Source of the DNA: Nostoc punctiforme PCC 73102 | GTDB lineage: Bacteria; Cyanobacteriota; Cyanobacteriia; Cyanobacteriales; Nostocaceae | DNA: 32,000 bases | Direction: 5' to 3' | Assembly: GCF_000020025.1 (NCBI RefSeq) | Contig: NC_010628.1 | Location: 2,850,001-2,882,000, forward strand | Shown here: positions 31,762 to 32,000 of the stretch, piece by piece | Layout: every line of letters starts with the position of its first letter | How positions within the stretch are numbered: the first letter of the stretch is position 1 | Notes under the pieces: generated by a model | The model's input: the letters and a program-made list of their open reading frames with translations, nothing else | The model's database searches: none | Told to the model about the DNA's origin: nothing | Position numbers and translations under genes: made by a program

Positions 31762-32000
31762 TTAAGATAAGCGAATGCGAGTATTGGGTTTGAGTTGAGC
31801 TAATAGCCGCTCTTTTAACTGGTTAACTAGTGCATTAATTTCTGCTTCTGTGCTGACTTCACGACCGCTAAGATTTAGCGGTAGCTGCACCACTTGATCT
31901 TCGGTGACTTCAGACAAGACATCATCAAGCCTGTTATTAGCAGTAGTCTCAGCCTTTTGAAGCTTAATTAGTGCTGAATCTTTGAGTTCTAACAAACTGG
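31762..32000 (-). CDS. 3' end of a gene running out of the window; by position probably brxC/pglY
   Basis: The frame is open from the window edge to the TAA at 31762-31764 (...[26 protein letters not shown]). The assignment rests only on the expected gene order upstream of pglX. No diagnostic motif lies inside the window. Confidence 0.4.
   Translation of the reverse strand, partial: SLLELKDSALIKLQKAETTANNRLDDVLSEVTEDQVVQLPLNLSGREVSTEAEINALVNQLKERLLAQLKPNTRIRLS

Overview
All family calls below come from motif recognition by eye; no database search was possible. The DNA looks cyanobacterial, probably Nostocales-like. At least 15 copies of the HIP1 octamer GCGATCGC and several tandem heptamer (STRR-type) arrays are visible.

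Content from left to right:
- Ordinary-looking genes: an OmpA-domain 3' fragment, a HEAT-repeat protein, a DUF1772 membrane protein and an isochorismatase-like hydrolase.
- Two decayed IS elements: IS701/IS4-like at 2796-3935 and ISAs1-family at 4401-5601.
- A minus-strand ATPase + HNH gene pair resembling Septu (6887-9174). It is split by a four-helix-bundle (23S-IVS-protein type) cassette bracketed by inverted heptamer repeats.
- A CoiA-like Zn-ribbon/T5orf172 gene carrying an in-frame stop.
- An intact IS200/IS605-type tnpB with a divergent small RHH ORF.
- An ECF-type sigma factor broken by a 116-bp MITE with a target duplication. It is divergent from a YciI/VOC/YciI/VOC/GST operon.
- At the right end, the distal part of a BREX locus on the minus strand. 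The order is (brxC-like 3' end)-pglX-pglZ-brxD-brxHI, which is the type 6 gene order.

The brxHI helicase is split by a perfect 23-bp tandem duplication next to its DEVH box. This is the most interesting single observation.

The window as a whole has an unusually high density of gene lesions that can be located precisely: 4 in-frame stops, several frameshifts, IS/MITE insertions and gene stubs. At least 14 loci are damaged in 32 kb.
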